This document shows, one piece after another, positions 1-8,492 of a DNA stretch of 32,000 nucleotides. Source of the DNA: Halogeometricum borinquense DSM 11551 (lineage in GTDB: Archaea > Halobacteriota > Halobacteria > Halobacteriales > Haloferacaceae). Each line of letters starts with the position of its first letter. The first letter of the stretch is position 1. The notes below the pieces were generated by a model, which saw nothing but the letters and a program-made list of their open reading frames with translations, made no database searches and had not been told where the DNA came from. The position numbers and the translations under genes are program-made. Location of the stretch: contig NC_014735.1 in NCBI RefSeq assembly GCF_000172995.2, positions 240,001 through 272,000 of the forward strand. Direction: 5' to 3'.

Positions 1-129
1 GGCGCTGGAACCGACGACCAAGCATCGGCACTCCAAGAGTTGCGTGCGGCACAGCAAGAACAAGAAGAGAGGAACGAAGCGCAGACGAGCGATGGACTTC
101 TCGGCAGCATTCGTTCGTTGTTCCGATAA
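1..129 (+). CDS. 3' end of a CDS entering from the left edge (hypothetical, Gln/Glu-rich C-terminus)
   Basis: Frame 1 is open from base 1 to TAA at 127-129. It reads GAGTDDQASALQELRAAQQEQEERNEAQTSDGLLGSIRSLFR*. The composition fits a halophile protein, but only 42 codons are visible and no family can be assigned. Confidence 0.3.
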   Translation, partial: GAGTDDQASALQELRAAQQEQEERNEAQTSDGLLGSIRSLFR

Positions 130-430
130 CGTTCTTCGTTCTGATTCTTAGACTCGCAGTCCAAATCTGTTGCTTGGCCGATTATTGACGGATTTTGATC
201 ATTTCATCTCACCGCCTATCATGAGTGAGAACTCTCTCACGAACTGACTGATCGGTTTCCCGTGATTCATTCTCTAGTCGCGGTACGGCGGCGGGATAAA
301 TCGTTTCTGGGTGCCCCCGCCAACCGGCCGCGAACGCGAGTGAGGAGCGACGGTAGATCCCGTACGAGACCTATTTATGTAGCCATTCAGTATAATCAAG
401 ATTTTTGTACAGTCACTATGACTTACATAT

Positions 431-1618
431 ATGGCCAAAGGTCTAGACGTCGGTACCATGAACATCCTCTCGTCCACGCCGGACGAGACGGGGACGAAGT
501 TCGTACAACAGCGGAATTCGTTCGTCGAAATCGAGTACAGCGACATGGCTGAACAGATGCTGTCGCGCAGTGACGTTTTGCACATCCGCAAGGACGACAA
601 AGTCTACGTCGTCGGCGACGATGCGCTCAACTTCGCGAACATCTTCAACAAAGAGACGCGGCGGCCCATGGAGCAGGGAATCCTTTCGAGCGAGGAGGCC
701 TCTGCAATCCCGATGATCAAGCTCATCACCGAACAGGTGGTCGGGACGGCGAACCAGCCCGGCGAAAAGCTGTTCTTCTCGTCACCGGCGGATCCTATCG
801 ACTCGGACGTCTCTACACTGTACCATCAGAAAACGCTCGAATCTATGCTCTCGGAGATGGGATTCGATCCGGAACCGATCAACGAGGGGATGGCAGTAAT
901 CTACAGTGAACTGGCTGATAACAACTTCACTGGACTCGGTGTCTCCTTCGGTGCCGGGATGACGAACATCTGCCTTTCGTACTACGCCGTCCCCGTAATG
1001 AAGTTCTCCATCGCCCGCGGGGGCGACTGGATCGACAAGCAGGCGGCGCAGGCGACGGGCACGCCGGTTGACAAAGTTACCTCGATCAAAGAAGACGATT
1101 TCGTCCTCGACTTCCGAACGGATGTCGGCGGAATTGAAGGTGCGCTCTCCATCTACTACGAGAATCTTCTCGATTATGTCGTCGAGAATATCGCAGCGCA
1201 GGTGGACGAAGGAGACGTTGAGGAAGAACTCGACGTCCCCGTCGTCGTTACCGGCGGGACGTCCCGCCCCGATGGCTTCGAGGAACTGTTCGCAAAGCAC
1301 CTCGAAGATGTCGAGATCCCCTTCTCGATAAGCGACGTTCAGAGCGTCGATGACCCACTGTACAGTGTCGCACGTGGTGCGCTCGTCGCGGCTCGCTCCG
1401 AAGAAGGATCTGACGAGCCAGCGGCACAATCGACGTCGTCTTCTGGCACGCGTTCGTCGTCCGGCAAGCGTTCGTCTGCCAGCAAACGTTCGTCGTCTAC
1501 GAGCACGAGTACGTCATCTAGCAGTACGTCGTCTACGAGTACGCCGTCTACTAATTCATCGTCTGCCGATAACAGCACGTCTACCAGCGAGAGTGCATCG
1601 TCCGGCGGCGAGGACTAA
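431..1618 (+). CDS. Actin-fold ATPase; haloarchaeal actin homolog (volactin/salactin-like) with a C-terminal Ser/Thr-rich tail
   Basis: 395 aa. Phosphate-1 motif GLDVGTMN (res 4-11), phosphate-2-like [10 protein letters not shown] (res 170-179) and adenosine motif VVVTGGTS (res 271-278) occur in the order and spacing of actin/ParM/MreB-fold proteins. A TATA-like cagtataatc lies about 30 nt upstream of the ATG. The core is acidic. Residues ~334-391 are almost only S/T with a few K/R. Confidence 0.8.
   Translation: MAKGLDVGTMNILSSTPDETGTKFVQQRNSFVEIEYSDMAEQMLSRSDVLHIRKDDKVYVVGDDALNFANIFNKETRRPMEQGILSSEEASAIPMIKLITEQVVGTANQPGEKLFFSSPADPIDSDVSTLYHQKTLESMLSEMGFDPEPINEGMAVIYSELADNNFTGLGVSFGAGMTNICLSYYAVPVMKFSIARGGDWIDKQAAQATGTPVDKVTSIKEDDFVLDFRTDVGGIEGALSIYYENLLDYVVENIAAQVDEGDVEEELDVPVVVTGGTSRPDGFEELFAKHLEDVEIPFSISDVQSVDDPLYSVARGALVAARSEEGSDEPAAQSTSSSGTRSSSGKRSSASKRSSSTSTSTSSSSTSSTSTPSTNSSSADNSTSTSESASSGGED
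1445..1498 (+). repeat. Three tandem 18-nt units inside the actin-homolog tail, encoding [G/S][T/K]RSS[S/A] x3
   Basis: ggcacgcgttcgtcgtcc / ggcaagcgttcgtctgcc / agcaaacgttcgtcgtct encode [19 protein letters not shown] degenerate (ACG/AGC/TCG)n Ser/Thr tract follows, up to ~1603. Confidence 0.7.
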
Positions 1619-1687
1619 CTCTCGTCAGCTACCGCCCTCACTGCGGTTTTCGCGTGGGTTCGAGGAGAAGCGCCGATTCGGTATGAA

Positions 1688-2053
1688 TCACTGACCGTCA
1701 CGTTCTTCGATCGAATTCGTGTCGCCTTCGGATATCGCTGATGTCATCTCGGAACGGCCGGCTGGCAGCGCTTTCGTCCGCGGTATCATCGCTATCGGTT
1801 CGTTCCGTTTGACTGGCTCCGACGGCGTGCGTTCTGTTTCGTTGACCTCTTCGGTTCTTGCTGGGGAAGCGCCCGCGTCGATATGGCGGTTTTTGAACCG
1901 TCGAATCGCATCGTCCCACGTCTCACGGGGTGTATCTGACGGTTCGTACTCGGATTCTACGTCGGCGTAGCGACATCGTTTACAATACACGGCCTCGCCT
2001 CCTCCTTGAATCACGATTGTGGAGAGCGAGTTCTCACAGCGCGGACAGTCCAT
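1688..2053 (-). CDS. Small zinc-ribbon protein with a disordered acidic tail
   Basis: 121 aa. The N-terminus MDCPRCENSLSTIVIQGGGEAVYCKRCRYADVE carries CxxC-x17-CxxC. The rest is low-complexity and acidic. It is convergent with the actin homolog and divergent from the Bat-type regulator. Confidence 0.6.
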   Translation of the reverse strand: MDCPRCENSLSTIVIQGGGEAVYCKRCRYADVESEYEPSDTPRETWDDAIRRFKNRHIDAGASPARTEEVNETERTPSEPVKRNEPIAMIPRTKALPAGRSEMTSAISEGDTNSIEERDGQ

Positions 2054-2186
2054 GTGGTTGGCTTCGATTGCTCGCTAATTTAAACTAACCACTCGAAGAG
2101 CAAGACAGCGCCGTCCGTGGTCGTAAAACAAACCCAATAGTATAATGTCAGGGGAAGGTCAACTGTGACTTGCGACACGCGGTAAT

Positions 2187-4280
2187 TTGACGTTTCGTAG
2201 GGGCCGGTACGAAGAGCGACGCAACGCGGGTGACAACGTGCAAAATACACAGTCAGCGCACGAACGTGAAGCGACCTATTTAGCCGATGGAATCGTGGAG
2301 ATAGATGACAATCTCGTTATCGTCGATGCCGACGAAAAAGCGCGCGCACGGTTGGAAGCGTCGGGGATACCGTTCGGGGGACTGCCGGTGTCCGATGTTT
2401 TCGACTTCTCTACCGCTGTCGTTACAGCACTCAAAGATGGGGACAGGCGTGACATCTACGGCGACGAATTCAACACCTCGATACGATACAGCAAACGCGA
2501 GAACCTTCCGGTTACGGTGACCATTCTACCGGGAACGGAACGCTCGTATCTCCGCCTCGCTATCAGGGATAGAACCGAACGGCACGAACTCCAACAGCGA
2601 CTCTCCGGGTTGTACAATCTGGCTCGCGAGTTACTTCGAGAGCGGGACGATGACCGACTAGCCGAGTTAGCGCTTGATGCAATCGTCGGCGACTCGAATG
2701 CGCTGTCCGGTCGGATTTATCTGGCTGACTGGGACGAAACAGAGCGTCGTTCGGAAGTCACACTTCGGGCCGCGGCGACGGTTGGCGACGAGCAGCCGTA
2801 TCCGGACCCAATTGAACGGGGAGAGAGCGTCATCTGGGAGGTACTCAAACTCGGCCAACAGCGATATCGTTCGTTGTCGGCAGATGTGAGTTCCGAACCG
2901 GATGCAGCAGAACTATTCGTTCCGATTGGACGCTACGGCGTCCTCGTCCTTCGATCCTCGTCCGAACAGATCACCTTCGAACAACACGAACATGCGACGT
3001 CGATTGTCGCTTCACTCACCGCCGCACTCGAAACAGCGGGACACGAACGTCAGTTGAGAGAGCAGCAGGCGGTGTTGGAGCGCCAGAAACGGAAGCTGTT
3101 GACGGTCGCCAGACTCAACGAACTGCTCCGGGAGGTCAATCGCTCGATTATCGGGGCAGATCGAATTGATGAGTTACTCCAATGCGTCGTTGAGCAACTT
3201 TCGGATACGGAGACGTACTACGCGTCGGCGTTTGCGAGATACGACCCGGTAAGTGAAACGCTCAGTTACGTCACCTCATCGGGTGCGCTTTCGTTCACTG
3301 ACGACGAAATCGCGCTTGCAGACGAGACGCCGCTTTCTGATCTCGGTCAACGGGCTCTCGACCGTCAGTCCGCTGTCGTTGCACAAAACGCCGTATCCGT
3401 CGAAGAGTGGAAGCGTATCGAAACGACTGACACGGCTGCGGTCGAAAGCGTTGCCGCGCTTCCGGTCGTCCATCACAATCTCGTGTATGGCGTTTGTTAC
3501 TTGTTCGCTGAAACTGATTCGTTCACCGAGCGAGAGCTTTCGGTGCTGAACGAACTCAGCTCGATGCTCGGGTACGCCGTTATCTCCCGACTCCGACGCG
3601 ATCTCAACCAGTCCGGAGAATGTATCCAACTGAAGGTTCGCGTCAACGACGATACCCATCCACTTGTCGAAGTCTCTCGTTTCGACGAGACGGATATCGT
3701 TGTCGATCACATCGAATTCGATCACGCGAACGGTATCCAAGTGTACTTCGATACCGCAGGTGAGCGGGCAGAGCGGTTCCTTGATGAACTCGGAGAGCAC
3801 GACGCTGTCGCCGGTTCGGAAGTCGTCACGAACCGCCGTGACGGTGCATTGGTGAATCTCGTCCTCACCGACGACCTGTTGACGGCGCTCATCTCCTTGG
3901 ACTTGCATATCGCATCGGTAAAAGCGGACGAACAGGGCGTCATCGTTACCCTCACTGTCCCGCAAAACGTCTCGCCACGAGGCATTCTCACAGCGTTAGA
4001 AGAACAGTTCAGCGACGTATCGCTCGTGTCCCGTGGGCGCACACCGATCAACGGGGGGACTGTCGGCCGAATGCGATCGTTCGTTCGAGAGGCACTGACT
4101 GACCGCCAATACGAGGTTCTTCGGTGTGCCTTCGACAACGGGTACTACGACTGGCCACGTAACAAATCTGCAAAAGATGTGGCCGAGATGCTCGATATTA
4201 GTCAGCCGACGTTCAGCCAGCATCTCAGAGCGGCCGAGCAAAAATTACTCGACCAGTTGTTCACCCCCGATGAACTCTGA
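2187..4280 (+). CDS. Bat-type transcription regulator (PAS-like, GAF, GAF, HTH_10)
   Basis: 697 aa. The C-terminal HTH_10 signature is LTDRQYEVLRCAFDNGYYDWPRNKSAKDVAEMLDISQPTFSQHLRAAEQKL. The upstream regions look like GAF domains, and the N-terminus looks PAS-like (GIVEIDDNLVIVDADEKA). There is no in-frame ATG near the 5' end, so the start is TTG 2187 or GTG 2238. A TATA-like aatagtataatg lies ~45 nt upstream of 2187. Confidence 0.85.
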   Translation: MTFRRGRYEERRNAGDNVQNTQSAHEREATYLADGIVEIDDNLVIVDADEKARARLEASGIPFGGLPVSDVFDFSTAVVTALKDGDRRDIYGDEFNTSIRYSKRENLPVTVTILPGTERSYLRLAIRDRTERHELQQRLSGLYNLARELLRERDDDRLAELALDAIVGDSNALSGRIYLADWDETERRSEVTLRAAATVGDEQPYPDPIERGESVIWEVLKLGQQRYRSLSADVSSEPDAAELFVPIGRYGVLVLRSSSEQITFEQHEHATSIVASLTAALETAGHERQLREQQAVLERQKRKLLTVARLNELLREVNRSIIGADRIDELLQCVVEQLSDTETYYASAFARYDPVSETLSYVTSSGALSFTDDEIALADETPLSDLGQRALDRQSAVVAQNAVSVEEWKRIETTDTAAVESVAALPVVHHNLVYGVCYLFAETDSFTERELSVLNELSSMLGYAVISRLRRDLNQSGECIQLKVRVNDDTHPLVEVSRFDETDIVVDHIEFDHANGIQVYFDTAGERAERFLDELGEHDAVAGSEVVTNRRDGALVNLVLTDDLLTALISLDLHIASVKADEQGVIVTLTVPQNVSPRGILTALEEQFSDVSLVSRGRTPINGGTVGRMRSFVREALTDRQYEVLRCAFDNGYYDWPRNKSAKDVAEMLDISQPTFSQHLRAAEQKLLDQLFTPDEL

Positions 4281-4332
4281 TACCGTCCGCCCCCGACCGG
4301 TTTGATCAGAGTTCGACTGTCTTCTTCAGTTG

Positions 4333-4650
4333 TTACGCGTCGGTCCCAACGACGCGAATCATTCCGATGGCATCAACCGTCACGCGTACACCGTCGTACG
4401 TGAAGGTTAGTTCTCCGCGGTTGATTTTTGGTTGCTGCGGTCCCTCCCCACCGAAAAGCGAGTTGAGAGCGCTCCGATTGATTCGATCTGAGAGTGGTGG
4501 GAGATCGTTTTTGTCGCATGCTTTTAGTTCACTCACTGCTTCAATAACGGCTTCGCTGACAGGTTCGGGGGTTTCGAAGTCGTGCCAATGGATGAGACGT
4601 TCTTTCGTCCTACCTTTGGTCTCATGCACGCTTCGGTGCCTGGTTGCCAT
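4333..4650 (-). CDS. Stand-alone HalOD1 (halobacterial output domain 1) protein, at the position ddfA occupies next to sph3 in Haloferax
   Basis: 105 aa. EPVSEAVIEAVSELKACDKNDLPPLSDRINRSALNSLF...ELTFTYDGVRVTVDAIGMIRV matches the HalOD1 pattern as I remember it (secondary-site peptide, PPL..xIdxdALd.LF, then f.y.g..VtV). It has its own 234-nt AT-rich upstream spacer. Confidence 0.7.
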   Translation of the reverse strand: MATRHRSVHETKGRTKERLIHWHDFETPEPVSEAVIEAVSELKACDKNDLPPLSDRINRSALNSLFGGEGPQQPKINRGELTFTYDGVRVTVDAIGMIRVVGTDA

Positions 4651-4884
4651 GTCAGTAAAAGATGCACTTGGCCTAATAATATTATCTACTTATAGTACAT
4701 GTCTACCAATTGATTGTTGACGAAGTTCTTCCGATCCTTCTTTCCTGATTTTAGCTATAATCCGTGAGTCTCCTCCTCTCGTGACGGATCTGCATCAAGT
4801 TTATTGTTAACACATCTGGGGAAATCTCCGATACACACCACTGTCAGACATAGAATATAATTGGGTGAAAAATATCCCCGCTGG

Positions 4885-6813
4885 TTACCACTCGACGTAT
4901 TGGTGCTGTTCGTCGAGTGCTTCTGCGTCTTCGGGGAGTAAGGCGACGACCAGATAGTCCGGGAACTGCGAGAAGTATTCCACCAGTTCCGAGATACGTT
5001 CGGAGTCGATTGCTTCGACTGAATCGAGAAGCATGAACGGAACGGTGTCGTGGACTTCGTGGACGAGATACCCCGCGAGCGCGAAGACGAGGCCGATTAC
5101 CTCCCTTTCACTCTCGCTCAGGTTATCTATCGTATCCTCGTACACTGCACCCGATTCGTTCGTCCGGACGATGTGTAGCTCGAACGCCGACTGGGAGTTT
5201 CGGTTGGACTTCCCGGAGCCGATGTTTTTACGTTCGATCCACACTCGATCGATGTTCTCGTAATCGAGCAAGTTTAAGACCGTCTCCATCTCCTCGTTGA
5301 ACGCCTCGATCGCGTTCGTCTCGATCGATTCGATGCGAGATCGGGTCTCCGCTAATTGCTCTTTGACTTGCTCTCTGCGCTGTTTCAGTTCTTCACGACG
5401 TTCGAGTTCATCCTGTTTTTCCGCTAACTCGGCCGTGATGTCCTCTAGTTCGTCGCGTTTTTGGTCCAGTTTGAACTCGTATTCGTTTCGCTGTTTGTGA
5501 CGTTCGATCAGTTCCGTCTGCGTCTGGTCTCGAAGTTCGTCGGCCTCTGACTCCAACGATTCGACCTGTTCTTGTAACTCGTCGCGTTCGTCTTGTAGTT
5601 CCTCGACCGTCGCCGTCCGCTCTTCAATCTCGTCTTCTAACCTCGAAAGTCGGTTCGTTAATTCCTCTTGGCGGCGCTCCTGTTCGTTTACTTCTCGGAG
5701 TTCCGAGTCTAACTCTTCGAGGCGATTCCGGAGTTCCTCGCGTCGCTCGCGGTGTTCGTCGCGAAGTGATCGGAGGCGGTCGGTCGTCTCTTCGACCTGC
5801 GACTGTTCGACGTTGGTACCGCAGGTCCAACACGTGATCGTCGAATCGACGAGTTGGTCGGTGACCGACCCAGCAGCATCTTCGTCTAAGGCGTCTGCGA
5901 CGACGTCGCTTTTGCCGGCCAGTACGTCACTGTTGTACTCGATGATGGTTTGCAGATCCGTGATCGTCCGATTCAACTCGTCTATCCGCCCACGCGTCTG
6001 CTCGATTTGAGATTCGATTTGTTTCGTCTCGTAGTCCGTCTCTGAGAGCGCGTCGAGTTCGTCCGAGGTTTCCGTTCGTTCGTCTCGAAGCGATTCGATG
6101 CTTTCGCGTTCGGACTCGAGTCTGAACCGGACGGATTTGAGATCCGAACGAGCGGACTGGAGCTTTTCGAGGATTTCATCAAGTTCCGCTTTGTTCTCCG
6201 TCTGTTCGCTGAGCGACCGGTCCTCAGCCTCGATTTCTGCGGTCAGTTCGTCCCGTTTGTCCGCTAACTCTTCGATCGTCTCTTTGATCGAGTTCCGTCG
6301 CTGCTCCAGAGTGTGTATCTCGTCTTCGACCGACGAAAGCTGCTTGATCTCGCTGTCGATTTGATCGCGCTCCGATTTGAGAGACTGAATCTCTGATTCG
6401 ATGGCGACCGTGTCCACCGGCCGCATCAGAATCTCTCGGAGGTCCGCTCCAGCGACGACGGCACGGCGCGCTTCGTTAGACCCGAGCAAGAATGCAAACA
6501 GGTCGGCGATAGTCGAGTCTTCGAGGTACGGGTCTCCGTCGAACGTGACCGTACCCCTTTTTTGAGTGAGCGACCGCGTATAGCTCTCGCCGTCGATTTT
6601 GAGTTCGACGTGACCGCTGTCTGCATCGCTCTTCAGACTAACGTCGTCGCTTCCGAGTCCCGCGGCAATACTTCTGAGAAACGAGGTCCGGTTCGTCGCG
6701 TTCCGCCCGGTTAGCACCGTAATTCCCTGTTGGAACTGAACGTCCGCATCCTCGATTCCCCCAATGTTCTCTACATCCACCTGTGCCGTTGTGTCACGTT
6801 GAGTTTCTGCCAT
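4885..6813 (-). CDS. sph3: Archaea-specific SMC-related coiled-coil protein (Sph family) with a central CxxC hook
   Basis: 642 aa. The N-terminal head is VENIGGIEDADVQFQQGITVLTGRNATNRTSFL. Residues ~130-500 form a long E/R/L/Q-rich heptad-like region. CWTC sits at residues 328-331, the midpoint. The C-terminal head carries LSESERE and FMLLDSVEAID. The sph3 symbol rests only on adjacency to the RdfA-like gene. Confidence 0.8.
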   Translation of the reverse strand: MAETQRDTTAQVDVENIGGIEDADVQFQQGITVLTGRNATNRTSFLRSIAAGLGSDDVSLKSDADSGHVELKIDGESYTRSLTQKRGTVTFDGDPYLEDSTIADLFAFLLGSNEARRAVVAGADLREILMRPVDTVAIESEIQSLKSERDQIDSEIKQLSSVEDEIHTLEQRRNSIKETIEELADKRDELTAEIEAEDRSLSEQTENKAELDEILEKLQSARSDLKSVRFRLESERESIESLRDERTETSDELDALSETDYETKQIESQIEQTRGRIDELNRTITDLQTIIEYNSDVLAGKSDVVADALDEDAAGSVTDQLVDSTITCWTCGTNVEQSQVEETTDRLRSLRDEHRERREELRNRLEELDSELREVNEQERRQEELTNRLSRLEDEIEERTATVEELQDERDELQEQVESLESEADELRDQTQTELIERHKQRNEYEFKLDQKRDELEDITAELAEKQDELERREELKQRREQVKEQLAETRSRIESIETNAIEAFNEEMETVLNLLDYENIDRVWIERKNIGSGKSNRNSQSAFELHIVRTNESGAVYEDTIDNLSESEREVIGLVFALAGYLVHEVHDTVPFMLLDSVEAIDSERISELVEYFSQFPDYLVVALLPEDAEALDEQHQYVEW

Positions 6814-6864
6814 GTGATCACCTAGCTGAGTTGTCTACCGCTTGCTGCGGGCGAATGACCGGAA

Positions 6865-7485
6865 TCATTCGCACCGACATCCCCCTTCGACGAACTCGTC
6901 GGGTGTAAGTCGGACATCGCAATCTGTACAGACGATTCGCACGTCCACCGAGACCTCCGGCGACCCCACCGTCACATCCTCGTTGGCTGCGACCCGGTCT
7001 ACGGCGTCCTCAGTCACTGACCGAAGACGATTTGAGATCTTCTTTACCGTCCTGAACCCGTCTCCGTTCGTCGATGAACCGTCGTCTTCTCGTTCGACGT
7101 TCCGATGGCGCTTTAGATAGTTATACACCGATTGGTACGAAATAAAATCCGCCTCGAGACGCTCGGTGTCGATGTTTTTCGAGGCGAGTGTGTTGCGCGC
7201 ATCGGTCTGGTTCCCCGCGGTTACGTCGTCGCTGGTCAGTAACCGATAGAAGTTTTCTGCCTCTCCATCGACCGGGTGTTCGCCGGCTTGACGTAGTGCG
7301 GCCTCGATAATTCGCACGTTAACGTCATCTGCGAGCGTGCGAAGACTCTCCTGTTCCCCCTGATCCCCCCGCCACCGTTCGACGAGCTCGTCACCGAGTC
7401 CGGTAATACTGTACCGCTCGGCGACTCGCTCGATCTTGGGACCTTTCCCTCCCCGCCGAGACGGGGACGTAGAAGATTTACCCAT
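6865..7485 (-). CDS. rdfA: RdfA-like protein (rod-determining factor A family)
   Basis: 206 aa from ATG 7485. The ORF-track start at 7548 is a TTG and adds 21 unlikely residues. KIERVAERYSITGLGDELVERW...SLRTLADDVNVRIIEAAL...DGEAENFYRLLTSDDV matches my recollection of RdfA proteins. The C-terminus is CTDC-x13-CRC. Its stop is 51 nt upstream of the Sph start on the same strand. Confidence 0.65.
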   Translation of the reverse strand: MGKSSTSPSRRGGKGPKIERVAERYSITGLGDELVERWRGDQGEQESLRTLADDVNVRIIEAALRQAGEHPVDGEAENFYRLLTSDDVTAGNQTDARNTLASKNIDTERLEADFISYQSVYNYLKRHRNVEREDDGSSTNGDGFRTVKKISNRLRSVTEDAVDRVAANEDVTVGSPEVSVDVRIVCTDCDVRLTPDEFVEGGCRCE

Positions 7486-7868
7486 ATTTTGTCCACCTAT
7501 AAATATTAGATCACCGTATTTAATAATTACTGCATTTGAGTCTGTCAATGGATGATCATGATTGCATTCTCAAACGAGTAATATTCCCAAATTTCGGAGA
7601 GTAAACCGATTATTCGAACGAATCGATGATGGTATGTCATCCGAGGACTACAATGAAAGTAGTTGGAATCCAATTCTCAGATTTTGATATACCTGTCTAG
7701 TTGTGTACTCTCGCATCACTGCTGTTGGAGTATCCGTCGTACAAAGAACGGGTCGGTACCGGAGCAGTGGCATGGGTATGCGCCAACGAAATCTGCATAA
7801 ACTGAAATCGAAGCAAACGGCGGACTGCGTCCGTCTTCTACTGGTCCGCTGGCGTCCCGCTACTGAGG

Positions 7869-8492
7869 TTAGCGTTGCTCGCTACCGCTGTTTGCCTCTT
7901 TCAGTAGCTTGTTCAACTGCTTGCGTTCTTGCGACTTGACACGTGCTTGGGTCACGACATCGTCGAACAGTGATTCGATAGTCGCAACAGTACTCGGTGC
8001 GTGACGAGATGGGTCGCACGTGAACAGGCCGAAGTGGCCGCCCACGCGAACGCGCTCAGTTATCAGTTGTAGAAAGCTGAATACGGCTTCTTCGTCAGTC
8101 GTTTCGATCAGGTCGGAGACCGATTCGAACACGACGCGAACGGTTGCGCCGTCGAGTGTCTCGAACGCGCCGACCATTCCGATACCGATATCGGTGAGGT
8201 CGGCCGCGACGTGGACGCTATGGAATGGGTGTGATGCAGGCATCTGCTCGTCGTCGGTCGTAATCAGACAGATCGGCTCGGCCTTCGCCAGTTCCTGGTA
8301 CTTCGACGTACGCTCCCAGTTCCCGTGGGTATCGACGACGACGATGCCATCATCACGGTCGTGTTCTAACCCGAGTGCTGTCATCAGCAGTTGCTCTTCG
8401 TGGGCAGGATCGAACTCGTCGTACAGCAGGAGATTTACGCCCGTACACTCGCCGGGACTGGAACCACTGTCTGAATCGCGTGACGATGTCAT
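7869..8492 (-). CDS. Hypothetical protein, possibly a degenerate RecA/KaiC-like fold without a P-loop
   Basis: 207 aa from ATG 8492. That ATG overlaps the TGA of the upstream response-regulator reading frame (ATGA). The protein is acidic with alternating beta/alpha-like segments (GVNLLLYDEF, GIVVVDTHG, VRVVFESVSDLIE, HFGLFTCDP). No GxxxxGK[ST] is present. The upstream 134 codons of the 341-aa track ORF overlap the real REC-HalX frames and are rejected. Confidence 0.6.
   Translation of the reverse strand: MTSSRDSDSGSSPGECTGVNLLLYDEFDPAHEEQLLMTALGLEHDRDDGIVVVDTHGNWERTSKYQELAKAEPICLITTDDEQMPASHPFHSVHVAADLTDIGIGMVGAFETLDGATVRVVFESVSDLIETTDEEAVFSFLQLITERVRVGGHFGLFTCDPSRHAPSTVATIESLFDDVVTQARVKSQERKQLNKLLKEANSGSEQR

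Noticed and set aside
130-430. Possible centromere-like iterons upstream of the actin homolog, which would imply a ParM-type segregation cassette
   Set aside because: I found only weak similarity between tgatcatttcatctc and tgattcattctc. There is no regular array of repeats and no small ParR-like adaptor gene directly downstream of the ATPase. The chromosomal housekeeping context (dys, pgpA) also argues against a plasmid partition locus.
782-1429. 215-aa ORF antisense to the actin-homolog gene
   Set aside because: It lies entirely inside a well-supported plus-strand CDS. It is Arg-rich and basic, unlike the acidic proteome here. This is the typical shadow ORF of GC-biased codon usage.
3276-3965. 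229-aa ORF antisense to the first Bat-type regulator. Similar cases: 21006-21704, 27636-28454, 20096-20782 and 18514-19200.
   Set aside because: All are nested in, or in alternative frames of, well-supported genes. All have basic, low-complexity translations and no upstream promoter-like AT-rich spacer.
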